A stretch of DNA of 64,000 bases, taken from contig CM052816.1 in the NCBI GenBank assembly GCA_028534125.1, positions 9,488,001 through 9,552,000 on the forward strand. The letters run 5' to 3'. The notes beneath the pieces were generated by a model, which was not told the DNA's origin, did not search any database, and saw nothing but the letters and a program-made list of their open reading frames with translations. Made by a program: the position numbers and the translations under genes. Source of the DNA: Lama glama (taxonomy: Eukaryota). Shown here piece by piece: positions 41,032-52,619 of the stretch; positions within the stretch are counted from its first letter, which is position 1; each line of letters opens with the position of its first letter.

Positions 41032-43334
41032 AGCAATTTTTACCTGCAGAAAGTAAGACTTCAGAGGAATGTAAACGTTCTCTCCAGAAGTCTGTGTGAC
41101 CACTATGCAGAAGAAGAATTAGAGACAGAAGTTTTAAATTGAGCCAGAAGGTAAAATTGAAAGTTACAGAAAATCAACTTTGGAGGAAGCTTTTTAACTT
41201 CAGGATGGCCTTAAGTTTAGAATGCACTGTGTAGGACTTGGTGAATTCCCAGTCCTTAGTGCATTCATGCAGGTTTGGATGTACCTCATTTTAGAGGGGA
41301 TTTGAGGATTTCAGGATTTGGAGGATCCTTCAAGTTCTGAGATTCAGTGTTTTTATGTTTTGATTGTTTCTAAAGTGGCTAGTAAAGCATTAGAATAATC
41401 CCTTGGGAGTTTCAGGGAGGTGGCAGAGTGAAGTGATAGTGATGAGATTAACATCCTGGCCCTTGAGTCAGGCCTGGGCTGGATCCCAGCTTGTTTGTTA
41501 CCACTTGTGGGATGTTGGACGAATCCTGACCCTTCTCTGTTTCCTCATCTGTGAAATGGGTGCATTTAGAATTCCTGTTTCAAAAGTATTTGTGAGGACT
41601 AAATGAGATAATACAAGTAGAGCTTTTAGTAAGTAAATGGAGAGTTGCTCTTTATTAACTTAAGCAGCACACTTTGCCTAAACTCCAAAGAACTTGCAGA
41701 TTTAACTAACTACTTTTGTCTATTAGTGTCATATGTGTGTTTTGGGGATGGTTCATAATGCAACAAATGTATTTGTTATTAGCATGGATAATATAATCCA
41801 AATATAGATATTAAAAAGCAACTATGGTAGGTAAAAATGAAATTATCCCATTTCTGTCTGGTCCTCGATCTATAGACAAAAGCTAGAACTTTAAGGAAGC
41901 TCCATTTGTTAACATTGGAACTCAATATTTATAAATTTTTTTACTCAGTGATGTTTACTTTCACATACTTAATTTAGATTCTTGAATGCAACCTTCAAGA
42001 GAATGTCTACCTTTTTTTTTTAGGTTCTTTGCTAGAAAGCAAAGATTAGAAAGATATGAGGAAGGAAATTAGAAGGACATGAGGTGACTTATTTATGGCA
42101 GCTGTTTCAGAGGTGCCAAGGCCTTGGACCCATGAAGTCAAGTGAGTGCTCTAATTTGAGCTCCAAATAAGAACCTTATATTCTCAACACCATGCTGCTT
42201 GAAAATCAGATTATGTTTATTATAAGACATGGCACCAGACTGAAGATATAGAGGAGAAGATTTAAGTAAAAACACATATGAAGACACAAGTTGGTATTTT
42301 TCTTATTCATCTTTCCCTATCATTCACAATTCAGTCATTCTAATAAATAAAGAATATAAAATTCTTTTTTCCCCTATTGCTAATTGTTAAAGTAGAAAAT
42401 AAAGAACTTTTTCCTAGGCTTGCCCAACCACCCTACATTGTGCAAGAGTAACTTTCTAAGCTGTCTGTGCAGGAAACCATGGCTGTGTCCCACCTTAGCC
42501 ACCTGGGGAATGAGCTGTCCAAGCAACTTTATTCCAGGCATTTCATTGTCCAGGACACAGACTTTGTATGTAAATGTGTACGGGATTGGTAGAATGTGTA
42601 TCCATCCCCCTTAAAGTTGAATTTTAGAAGGAAACCTGTCACCACTATTTATTTCTCTGTGGAAGCGGCTTCTAGTAGCCTAGGGTAATGCAAATTAAAG
42701 TACAGAACATCCAGGCAGGAGAAATTGGGGAGATCTTATTTTCCACAGGATGTTCATCCTGCCATGAGAATCCGACAATCACCCTGGCCAAGCTAGACTG
42801 AGAAAGAAAGGCTTTCATAGCAACATTAAGAACATCAGTTTAACCATATATTCAAAGTCCTCTTCTGTAGATTCTATGGTCTTCCCAATATAATTGTCTA
42901 AATATCTACATCCACTTATGGAAATTGGAAAAAAATCTTCATCTTTCTTCCTCAAACATACCTTTCGTCTTGCAAGATGTTTAATTTGGCTTTGTCTTTT
43001 TGAACTTTTGGATTTATATGAGATTGGAGACCCAACCAAAATTGCTGAAGGCTTGTCTTTACCCAATAGCTTGGCACCTTTTCCAAGCCTCAAAAACCAT
43101 AAATTGTACAAATTATTCAGCAAAAATAGGGCAGCGTCTGTTGTTCACTTATCCTTTGATTGACTTCTTTGGGTTGGTAAATGAAAGGATGCTATAGTTT
43201 GAGGTATATTGAATAAAACAAAGATATTCTTACTTAGAACTAAGCCTCTATGAAAGACACACCTGGCATTCAAAACCATTTTTACTGAGGCAAGATTCTT
43301 TGGTTGCAAGTAATCAAGACTGCCTTTAGCCAAC

Positions 43335-43796
43335 TCTGTTAGCCTTTGTGAAAGCTGTATTAACAAAGCACCACAAACTGTGTGGCTTGGAACAACAGAA
43401 TATTTATTATCTCACATTTGTGGAGGCTAGAAGTCTGAACTCAAGGTGTCAGCAGGGCCCTGCTCCCTCTGAACCTGTAGGAAAAAGATTCTTCCTTGCC
43501 TCTTCCTGGCTCCAGGTGGTTTTTCTGGCAATCTTTGGTGTTCCTTGGCCTGTAGAAGCCCCACTTCAACCCTCCATCTTCACATGGCCATCTTCTCTTT
43601 GAGCACATCTGTCTATGTCTAAATTTATTTTTATAAGACATCAGTCATATTGGATTATGGCCCACTGAATGGCCTCATTTTAATTTTATTCCCTCTCCAA
43701 AGATCCTGTTTCCGAATAAGGTCATATTCCAAGGCACTGAGGGTTTGGGCTTTAACATGTCTTTTGGGAGAAGGGAACACAGTTCAGCCCCTAACA
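43335..43796 (-). mobile_element. MLT1 LTR nested within an older MLT1 LTR (about 43290-44170)
   Basis: accacaaactgtgtggcttg...tcaaggtgtcagcagggcc...ttcagcccctaaca; 5-bp TSD-like ccaac/tcaac. Confidence 0.8.
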
Positions 43797-45830
43797 TCAA
43801 CTTAAGCAAAAAAGGAATACAATGGGAATACAATATGAGATGGCTTATTGAATCAGAGGAAGAGCTGTAGAATAAGGACCTAAAGGGGTAAGACCATGAC
43901 TGCCCAAAGATTCAAGGAGAGGAGCCACGCTCAGCCCCACTAGGAAGCTACTGTGAGGACAGAGGGGCCTCTGCCAACTTTCTCGTGTTTGCATCATTCT
44001 GCATGACATTCAGAGTCCCAGGAGAGTCTGATTGGGTCACTCCCTGGCTGGAAAAGTCAGGGTCCCATGATTTACTTTCCCAACTACACAGACGGCAACA
44101 GAGAAGAGATTATTCCCAAGGATTTGGGATGCTCTGACCAAGAGAAAGGAGGAGGATGCTAAATGTACAAAACCCATATCTAATCTATGTCCTCTAGCAG
44201 GAAGTGAGGAAAGGATATTTTCATATACTCCAGATTCGTCATCTCTGTTAATAAACATAATTATTAATGTAGCCATTCAGAAAAATGTGCCACTGTGATA
44301 CAATTTGCCTTTCTTACAAGTCAGGGGTGTGGAAGGAATTCCAGCTATTCATGATTATATCCATTACTGAGTTATATTTAGTTAGATTTGGCTCCCATGT
44401 CAGTTTTACAGATAGAGAAAATGAGTTCCTAAGTAAGTTCCTCTCCCATTCTTTGGTCTGTTGTCCTTTACACTCTGGACATCCCACGTCTTGCTGGCCG
44501 CAGGAAGCTCTCCGGCAGTGTGGCCAGCTGCTCCTTGATGCCTTGCGGGGAAAGGTATTGTTCTCCCCTCTCTGCTCCTGAGGCACTCTCTTCTTATGCT
44601 CCAACACGGAGCTCTCCTCATCCTACCCTCTCTCCCAACTCACCATACCTCCACCGCTTCAAAGAATATAATCATTGTTATATGTGTTATACTCTGAATT
44701 AAGAAAAGAAAGGAAGAGGTGGGAAAAATTAACAAAATGAACTGCATAAAATGAGGAATGTAAGGGAGTGGCTCATCATTAAATAGTATAAAATCTTAAA
44801 GACTAGACTTAGCCTGCAGGCTCTTTTTGCACTTTTGCTTTGACTCTTCCAAAGACAGATAGCTGATAGACCTACCGTGGTATTTTGCCTTTTGTCAAAT
44901 GCCAGGAACTTCCTGGGTGTGGAAACAGTGGTCTCCAAGACTGAAGTAACATACAAGAAGCAGTCTGGGAGTTAGAGACAAGATCACTGAGTAGGGCAAG
45001 TTGCACCTCTGTGTAGAGGTAAGAAGAAAGCTAGTACCGTAGGCAAAATCTGGGCTGAAGAAAGGGTCCCATGAGGAAGATCAGACCCTGATAAAGGGGA
45101 ATGAGGTTGGTCGTCTCTGCCAGTAAGTAGAAAATGATAGACCAGTAAACACTCAGAATTTTACATTCTTGGCATCAGAGAAACAAATGTTTCAGCCCAT
45201 AAGTAACACATGTCAATTCTGTTCATGGCTCATAAGCCAAACCAGTTACTTGCCCCCACTCAGCCACAGGGAGGTCAGGAAGTGCGTGTGCCCAAAAGGG
45301 AGAACTGGACACACTTAGCAAACAGCAGGGATGACTTCCACTTGTCAAAATGCAAACTCCAGGCCCCCCCCCCCCACAATAGACTCTAATTCAGGGGATC
45401 CTTGCTTTTTAAGTAAGTCCCCTCAGGTAAGTGATGCAGGGGAGAAGGGTAGAATCTCTGGACCACAATTTAAGGGACACTGACTGAGAGCATCACCTCA
45501 GTATAGGTAGGTGACCAAGAGGATGGGGACAAGTCTGAGATACTGTTCTCAGAGCTCAGATGTAGGGCCAAGCCTGGGTCACCTCCAATTGTTGTTCAAG
45601 AGGACTACAGATGTCTGGATACTGAGGCCCAGAGGGCTGGACAGGAGCTTCTAAAATGCCCAGGATGAGGATAGTGTTGAATCTATGCCTGAGACAGAGC
45701 AGACCCTCAGGTGTATGTCGAGCTCCTCAGGTATTGGGTGGGCAAGAGGGATATGGGGCCAACACCTGGCAATGGTCTCATATGTGTGATCTAAAATTTA
45801 TATTTACAGTAACGGAAACTCATCGGCTAG

Positions 45831-46136
45831 CATAACGTTTTATTGTACAATTGTTTTTTCTTTCCTCTGTTCTTTGCCCACTTCTCTCTCCCTTTTCCTC
45901 CTCGTCCTCTACTACCCACTCACCTCTCTTTCCCCCCATTGTTTTCTCTTTTCTTCCTTCCTTATTTTTATTCTCTATTTCCCATCTAATTTTCCTCTTT
46001 CCCCAATACTTCCTCTTCTGTTCTCCCTTCTCCCCCCTACTTCTTCTGCCCTCTTCTCTGTCATCAGTTGTGTTCCCCTCCTTTTCCCTCATCTCGTCCT
46101 GTTCCATAGCACCCACCCGCTCTCTTCTCTCCCCAG
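45831..46136 (+). promoter_or_regulatory. Extended polypyrimidine tract (about 300 nt) at the 3' splice site, with two internal AGs
   Basis: C/T-rich; the only AGs are at 46066-67, 46108-09 and the acceptor 46135-36. Confidence 0.85.
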
Positions 46137-46290
46137 GTATTATGCCATCTGCTGCCAACCCTTGGTCTATAGGAACAAGATGACCCCTCTGCGCATCGTG
46201 TTAATGCTGGGAGGCTGCTGGGTCATCCCCATGTTTATCTCTTTTCTCCCTATCATGCAAGGCTGGAATAACATTGGCATACTTGATTTG
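46137..46290 (+). CDS. HTR4: 5-HT4 receptor coding exon (ICL2, TM4, start of ECL2), 154 nt
   Basis: ccccag|GTATTATGCC...GATTTG|gtgagt; (R)[51 protein letters not shown]; completes the DRY motif across the intron. Confidence 0.98.
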
Positions 46291-46444
46291 GTGAGTACCT
46301 ATGAAAAGCCCACTGGTTTACGGTCTGACTATGTTTGTTTGCTTGAGATTCTAATAAACAAACAATGTCAGATTGAGTGATTATTCTAAGAAAGGTTCTG
46401 ATAGTGGTCTGAGTAACAGGCAATAACAACAACAACAAAAAAAG

Positions 46445-46662
46445 GCAGGCTAACATTTTTAAAAGCTTACTGTATGTCAGAAAATACACTAAGTACATAC
46501 AATCCTGACAACATCTCTTTGGGGAAATTATAATAATTTCCCCTCGTTTCACAGATGAGAAAACTCAGGCTTAAAAAAGGTGCAGTGACATGCCCAATGT
46601 CATACAGCTAGTGAATAACAGAACAGGCATTCTGAGTTAAGCAGGCAAGCCTCCAGAGCCTG
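46445..46662 (-). mobile_element. MIR SINE
   Basis: tttcacagatgagaaaactcaggctt...tcatacagctagtga. Confidence 0.8.
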
Positions 46663-47245
46663 AGGTATGTGATGTGCCCCAAGAGGCCTTCATCCCGTTT
46701 CATGCTGTGACTCTATAAGGCTTACAGTGACCCACAGAAAACGTATCATGGGGGTAGGGGCTTCCAGAGAATGAAGGGAGCCCTGGGCAAGCAGCTGAGA
46801 GAGCTGGACCCAGAGCCCAGCTCTGTCGCTGACCCACTCACTAAAGGGTCTGTGATGGGAAGAGCTGTTGGTCCTCAGTGGGGAACAGTGTCTTCCAGAG
46901 GGGCAGGAGAGCAGCACGTAGCCCAGGTGCCAGGCATCTGCCAGCCCCTGTCCAGATGCTCTTTTAAGAGTCGTCCAGCTCTGACATACTGTGTTTGTAA
47001 TATCAAACTTGTAACAAAGATCGAAAGCTATGGTCTGGATCCACTAGGAGGGATATATATTCCCTAAAGAAGTTGTCAGGCAGTCATTTTTAAATGGATC
47101 CCAGGACCGTGTCGAGGTAGGAAGGGGAATGGGAAGGAGAGATTGAGAGTGAGCTCCGGCCCAAGAGGACCAGTCAGAGTAGGAGCTGCCCCTTCTTCTC
47201 TCCACCCCATTCCTAGCCCCTAATCTTGCCTTATTCTTTGTCCAG

Positions 47246-47287
47246 GGAAGGATATCCAAACCAAGACTGGGCCAGGATTTGCATGTG
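47246..47287 (+). CDS. HTR4: Alternative 42-nt cassette exon, likely ortholog of 5-HT4(h) exon (14-aa ECL2 insertion GRISKPRLGQDLHV)
   Basis: ttctttgtccag|GGAAGG...CATGTG|gtatgt; phase 0/0, no stop; right intron and length, and LGQDxH shared with the human h insertion as I recall it (ERSLNQGLGQDFHA). Confidence 0.85.
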
Positions 47288-47471
47288 GTATGTCAGAACA
47301 AGAGTGCCTTGGGCTTCTGAAGGAAATGCTGGGGACAGAGGAGTGGAGAAGTGAAAGGGGATCCGTACAAGGGAGACTGTATGGATATTTTCTTAAATAC
47401 TATCCCTCTTCTTTCAGACTTTCAGTTTTAACATTCTTGGGGGAGATGAAATTCAAATTTCCAGCAGAATG

Positions 47472-47720
47472 ATAATAATAATGGCCAACGATTGTTGAAT
47501 ACTTACTATGTGCTGAACCCCATGTTAATATAATTGTTAATCTCCCTCAGGCCTCACAACAGTGCTGTGATGTAAATCCTGTCAGTGTCCTCAGGAAACT
47601 GAGGATCAGAGAGATTGCGTTATTAGCTAAAGTAGGGAGCTAACTGGTAGGGAGTGGTGGTGACTGTATCTAAGCCCAGGCTTACTGGACTCCAGAGTCT
47701 GTGGTTTTATGTGTGTGCTA
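47472..47720 (-). mobile_element. MIR SINE
   Basis: ttgttgaatacttactatgtgc...ggaaactgaggatcagaga...actccagagtc. Confidence 0.7.
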
Positions 47721-48037
47721 AACGTAATCCCTAACGGAGAAGACCTCTGGGAGTATAAGCTTCTGTGCATCAGAACTTGTAACGAGGGCCCAGCACTCTT
47801 ACCCTCTGATGTAGAGTGTTCAAGGGAAATAACTAATAAATTATTTTCCTTGTGAGAGTGAGATGGAAGCATCTCCTGTTTATTTCATGTAACTGAGGAA
47901 TGGGGCTTCTGCTTTCTATTAACATGCCTAGTATTTGCTCCATGGTATTGTAATTGCATTTCATATCTTTTCACTCATTTGCACATGGCATCTGCCTAGA
48001 GAGAAGCTAGCATAACCTACGTGTTCACAATACATAT

Positions 48038-48190
48038 ACAGTTGATCCTCATTATTCACAAGAATTAGGTTCTGTAAAGTTGCCACAAACATTGAATTGG
48101 CAAATCATGAATCTTTGCTCCTAGACAAGATACAGACTTAGGTTCTCATCATTCTCTGGTCGTCAACCAATCAATGTGTAATTTATGTTG
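48038..48190. mobile_element. TcMar-Tigger-derived fragment (MER47-like)
   Basis: ta|cagttgatcctcattattcac...taaagttgccacaaacattgaatt...ttgctcctag. Confidence 0.6.
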
Positions 48191-48194
48191 CTTG

Positions 48195-49525
48195 TAAGAG
48201 AGGCCCATGAAATAGAAGGTGACAGAAAGGTTGAAAATAAAATAACGGAAAAAGTATAATATCCAAACACTAATGGAAAGAAAGTTGGTGTAGCTGTACT
48301 GTTATCAGTGATAAAATAAATTTATGGCAAGTAATATTGAGATAGAAAGAGATTTTATAATAATGAAATTGTCAGTTCACTAGGAAGGTGTACTGTAACC
48401 TTACAGTATACTGTAAGACAAGATAGTAAATGCACGCACAGTGAATGAAATGGTGTATTGTCTATCATACATGTTATTTATTTATATCTCTATTCATATG
48501 CATGTTCACAGTGGTTGCAGGCTGACCTCAGGAGGGAAGTGTCATTGGATTATACAGTCCTCTTCAGCCAGACTGTTCCTAGAGAAGGCTGATAACTAAA
48601 GAGTCATCAGCAGGCAGAGTTTATAGTTGAAAGAGAACTATTTCAGTTCTTAAGAGGGATCTAGTGTATCACAGTATCCAATACAAGTGAGGTTTAGTTC
48701 AAGAATGTAGTATAATCGAGGTAATTCTCTGTGTTAATAGAAGAAGGGAAAACTCACACGATCATCTTGCTACTGCCAAAAATACATTGACAAAATTCAA
48801 CATCCAGTCATACTTTAAAAAATTCTCATCAAACTAAGAATAGAGGGGTACATTCTTGTATGAGAAGAAGGCATATTCTTCTCAAATAGAGGGCATTGAC
48901 AAAAAACTTACAGCAAGTATCATACTTAATAGTAAAATGTTGAAAGCTCTCCTCCTAAAACTGGGACTATAACAGTGTCCACTATTACCAGTTTCATTCA
49001 GTATTATACTGGAGGTCTTATCAAGTTCAATATGCAAGGAAAATGTTATTAAGATTGGAAAGCAAGAAATGAAATTGGCATGATTTGCAGATAACATGGA
49101 TGTTCATGGAAAAAATTTAAAATAGTCTAAATTAGTTAGTAACTAATTTAACAGAGTTGTTGGATACATAGCCAATATACAAAGAAAAGTTTTCACTAAG
49201 TTCTATATACAACAGACAATTAGAAATAAGAATTTAACATGGTAACATTTGCAATAGGATAAAAAAATACTTAGAAATAAATCTAGCATAAGTGTGCAAG
49301 GCATTTACACAAAAAATATAAAATATTACTGAAATAAATTTTAAAAGACTTAAGTAAAGGGAAAGAACTACCATGTTGTGAATTGGAAAACTGAGCATTG
49401 CAAAGATACCAGTTTTCTTCAATCATTCTAACTCCAGTGAGAATCCCAGAAGATTTTTATGGAAATTGATAAGCTAATTCTAAACTTTATATGGAAAATA
49501 TGAAATATAAGAATAGCCAAAAGCA
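48195..49525 (+). mobile_element. Old L1 ORF2 fragments (sense)
   Basis: acattgacaaaattcaacatcc...tttgcagataacatg...aagctaattctaaactttatatggaaa. Confidence 0.75.
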
Positions 49526-49585
49526 TTTTCCTTTTCTGCCATCATGGTTTTGTGTGCCATAGGCTTATGAGAAGAAAAAGAAAAG

Positions 49586-49807
49586 CTTTGCTGATAAACC
49601 TTCTTCTTTCTTCCCTTCTTCACCTTTGTCTTTTATTCATCCCTCCCTTTCCTTCTCTGTTCCTCTTCCCTCTTTCAACTTCTTTTTTTTTTATCATTTT
49701 CTCTTTCTTACGATTTTTCTCATTCCCTTCCTGCTGCTGCTGCTTCTTCACCTTTTCCTTCCCTATCTCCCTCCCTTCCTCATCCCCCCTCTCTCTGCAA
49801 CTCTCAG
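49586..49807 (+). promoter_or_regulatory. Extended polypyrimidine tract / AG-exclusion zone (about 220 nt) at the 3' splice site
   Basis: No AG between 49586 and the acceptor AG at 49806-49807. Confidence 0.85.
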
Positions 49808-50376
49808 ATAGAAAAAAGGAAGTTCAGCCACAACTCTAACTCCACGTACTGTGTCTTCATGGTCAACAAGCCCTACGCCATCACCTGCTCCGTGGTGGCC
49901 TTCTACATCCCGTTTCTCCTCATGGTGCTGGCCTACTGTCGCATCTATGTCACAGCCAAGGAGCATGCCCACCAGATCCAGATGTTACAGCGGGCAGGAG
50001 CCCCCTCAGAGGGCAGGCCCCAGCCGGCAGACCAGCACAACACTCATCGCATGAGGACAGAGACCAAAGCAGCCAAGACGCTGTGCATCATCATGGGCTG
50101 CTTCTGCCTCTGCTGGGCTCCATTCTTTGTCACCAATATTGTGGATCCGTTCGTAGACTACACTGTCCCTGGGCAGGTGTGGACCGCGTTCCTCTGGCTT
50201 GGCTACATCAATTCTGGGTTGAACCCCTTTCTCTACGCCTTTTTGAACAAGTCTTTTAGACGTGCCTTCCTCATCATCCTCTGCTGTGATGACGAGCGCT
50301 ACCGCAGACCTTCCATCCTGGGCCAGACTGTCCCCTGCTCAACCACAACCATCAATGGATCCACACATGTGTTAAG
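49808..50376 (+). CDS. HTR4: 5-HT4 receptor last common coding exon (ECL2, TM5-TM7, helix 8, proximal C-tail), 569 nt
   Basis: ctctcag|ATAGAAAAA...GTGTTAAG|gtgagt; [23 protein letters not shown]...CWAPFF...NPFLY...ILCCDD...[12 protein letters not shown](R); CWxP and NPxxY motifs. Confidence 0.99.
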
Positions 50377-50524
50377 GTGAGTGCTTCGGGGCTTGTTAGG
50401 TTTTGTTCATTTGCATGACTGAGAAGAGGTAACTTTCCAGGTTTTTGTTTCCAGATGGGTTGTTCTTGAAAACATGTGCAGTATTTTCAAAGATTAAAGA
50501 AAATTCTGCCATCTGGTAATAAAT

Positions 50525-50765
50525 AGAGTAGTGGGCAAGGGTTCCGGCTCTGGGGGAGAATGGCCTCCATTCAAATTCAGCCCCCACAGTTCTTTGATCT
50601 TGGGCAAGTCATTTAACCATTCTGAACCTCAATTTCATTAAAAAAATAAGAATCATAATCATGATCTCTACGTCATAGGGCATTTGTGTGCATCAGATTA
50701 GCTAAAGTGTGCAGAGCACATAGTTCAGAGTCTGACACCTAGAAAGAAGTTAGTAAATGTTATCC
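50525..50765 (+). mobile_element. MIR SINE
   Basis: atcttgggcaagtcatttaaccattctgaacctcaattt. Confidence 0.75.
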
Positions 50766-52619
50766 ACTCTTATTTATAGGTAGTATTTTAGGGTACTGGT
50801 TGAAAGTGTGGTAAAATAGTCTTTATTTTCACTCTCAGTGGCACTAATAATCATTTGTATAATTTTTCTTGGTTCTTTTTACTCTCTTCAGCTGTAAAAA
50901 AATAATAATAATATCCATCTTATAGAACTTTTATGACAGTTAAGCATAATGTATTACTATAGGGCCTGACACATAGTAAGTGATCATAATAATGTTTGAA
51001 TATTAGTAGGAGTAGTAGAAATAGCATATAACCTGATACCCTAAGATGGCCATAAAATAACATGATAAATTAACTAAAACAAATATAATGATAAACATGC
51101 AATAGTAATGCCCTTTGATAAATGATATAATGGATGTATACACAATGCAGAGTGGGGATGTGAATAAGAAAGAAGCTTATTTGGCTATGGAAATCAAGGA
51201 AAACTTAACAGAACAGCATTTTATAAGAATTTGAGACTTAGAGGAGATATCAAGAAGGCATTCCAGGCAGAGAGAACAGCATGAGAAAGGAAATGGAGTA
51301 TGAAAGAGTTGTGGAAAGGTCAAGAGGTTTACCCAAGGTCACAGAGGTTGATGGAGGTGGGAGTAACTTTGGAGTTGAATTTCAGCAGCTAGGTATGATG
51401 CCTCTTTTCGAGCCCTGAAAATTTTCTTTCTACCCTGGCTTAGAGTTGTTCTCAGCTGTAAAAAGCCATGTATGATAAATAAATTCATCCTGTAGCAAAG
51501 ACGAATTATCAATGATGTTTTTTCCTTTGTCCTGAGAGGCACCGAAATTTCCAAAGAACAGTTCCTTCTTTGAGACAAGCATTTAATTTTTCTGATAATG
51601 ACAGTATTCACCTGTTCTGGCAACTGAAAATTGGGGCCTTTTCATTTGTAGGTATAAGGAAAGGAGAAGAAAAAAATAGGAATTGTCATGAAATATGTAA
51701 GTGCTTTGTCTCAGAGGCTGCTCAGAAGCATGAATTCAGTTTTCTGCTGTCAGTGTGGGCTGTCTTGTAGCTAAAGCCTAGTATGGTGTTGAGATTCTAG
51801 CTGGTAGAAGGACCTCAGAGGACACTCCTGTAGGCCGGTATTCTTTCTTAATTATTATGCCTTAATGAGTGTCACAGAAAGGATCCAACGGTTAAGTAAA
51901 ATGTGTGTACAAGAACTTCTGTGTGGGTGCCAGGTAGTTTTTAGCTATTTAAGCTCAGCAGTAGCCTGAGTACAGGCTGTCAACTACTTACAACCAGAGT
52001 ATGCTCCAGCAGTGCTGCACTCACTAAGTCAGTTGTTTAGAACTGGGTGCGTTTTCCCATAAAAATAGTCATAGAAAGAGTTCAGGGTTTCTAGGGCAGC
52101 CTATGAGATCTATTTTACTAATACTGTACTGTTTTATCCCTGTTGCTTTTGGAAACCTGCAACATGAATTGTTAAGCAGAGGTAGCAGTTTAGAGATGGC
52201 TTATGTGACTCTCCATACTCTATTCCTTACATTTACTTTTTCCTGGGATCATGAAAAGTGCAAGAAGTTGGTCTGAGGTATTGTTCTGTGGGCCAAAAAA
52301 TCATGTAAGAGTGGGAGTAGCCTATAGAGAGAAGAGAAAACTGTTTAAACCCTGTATCCAGTAGAGCGTTAGCCTTGCAAGGGCAGGAATCCTGCCTGTT
52401 TTTTTCATTGCTGTGTAACAAATATCCACTATGTTGCCCGATGTATCATAGGAACTTAAACTCTTGATGAATAAATTAATACATTATAAAATTAATCCTT
52501 TAGATCAAATTGTTATAATCTAAAACAATCTAAGAAAAATTTGTCTTTCTTAAAAATCCCACAAATAGGACATCAACAAATTCAGATGAAATAATTAAAT
52601 ATAAAACCAAAACAATGAA

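Noticed and set aside
45820..46183. Low-complexity ORFs (E/K/R-rich on -, F/S/P/L-rich on +)
   Set aside because: By-products of the polypyrimidine tract, which lacks stop codons
49859..50380. Stand-alone 173-aa single-exon GPCR gene or processed pseudogene
   Set aside because: It is an internal HTR4 exon starting at the acceptor at 49808, in frame with the upstream exons
51610..51680. ttctggcaactgaaa...GIRK loosely resembling the human 5-HT4(c) tail
   Set aside because: Similarity is short and not colinear, and there is no acceptor at the expected position; likely chance
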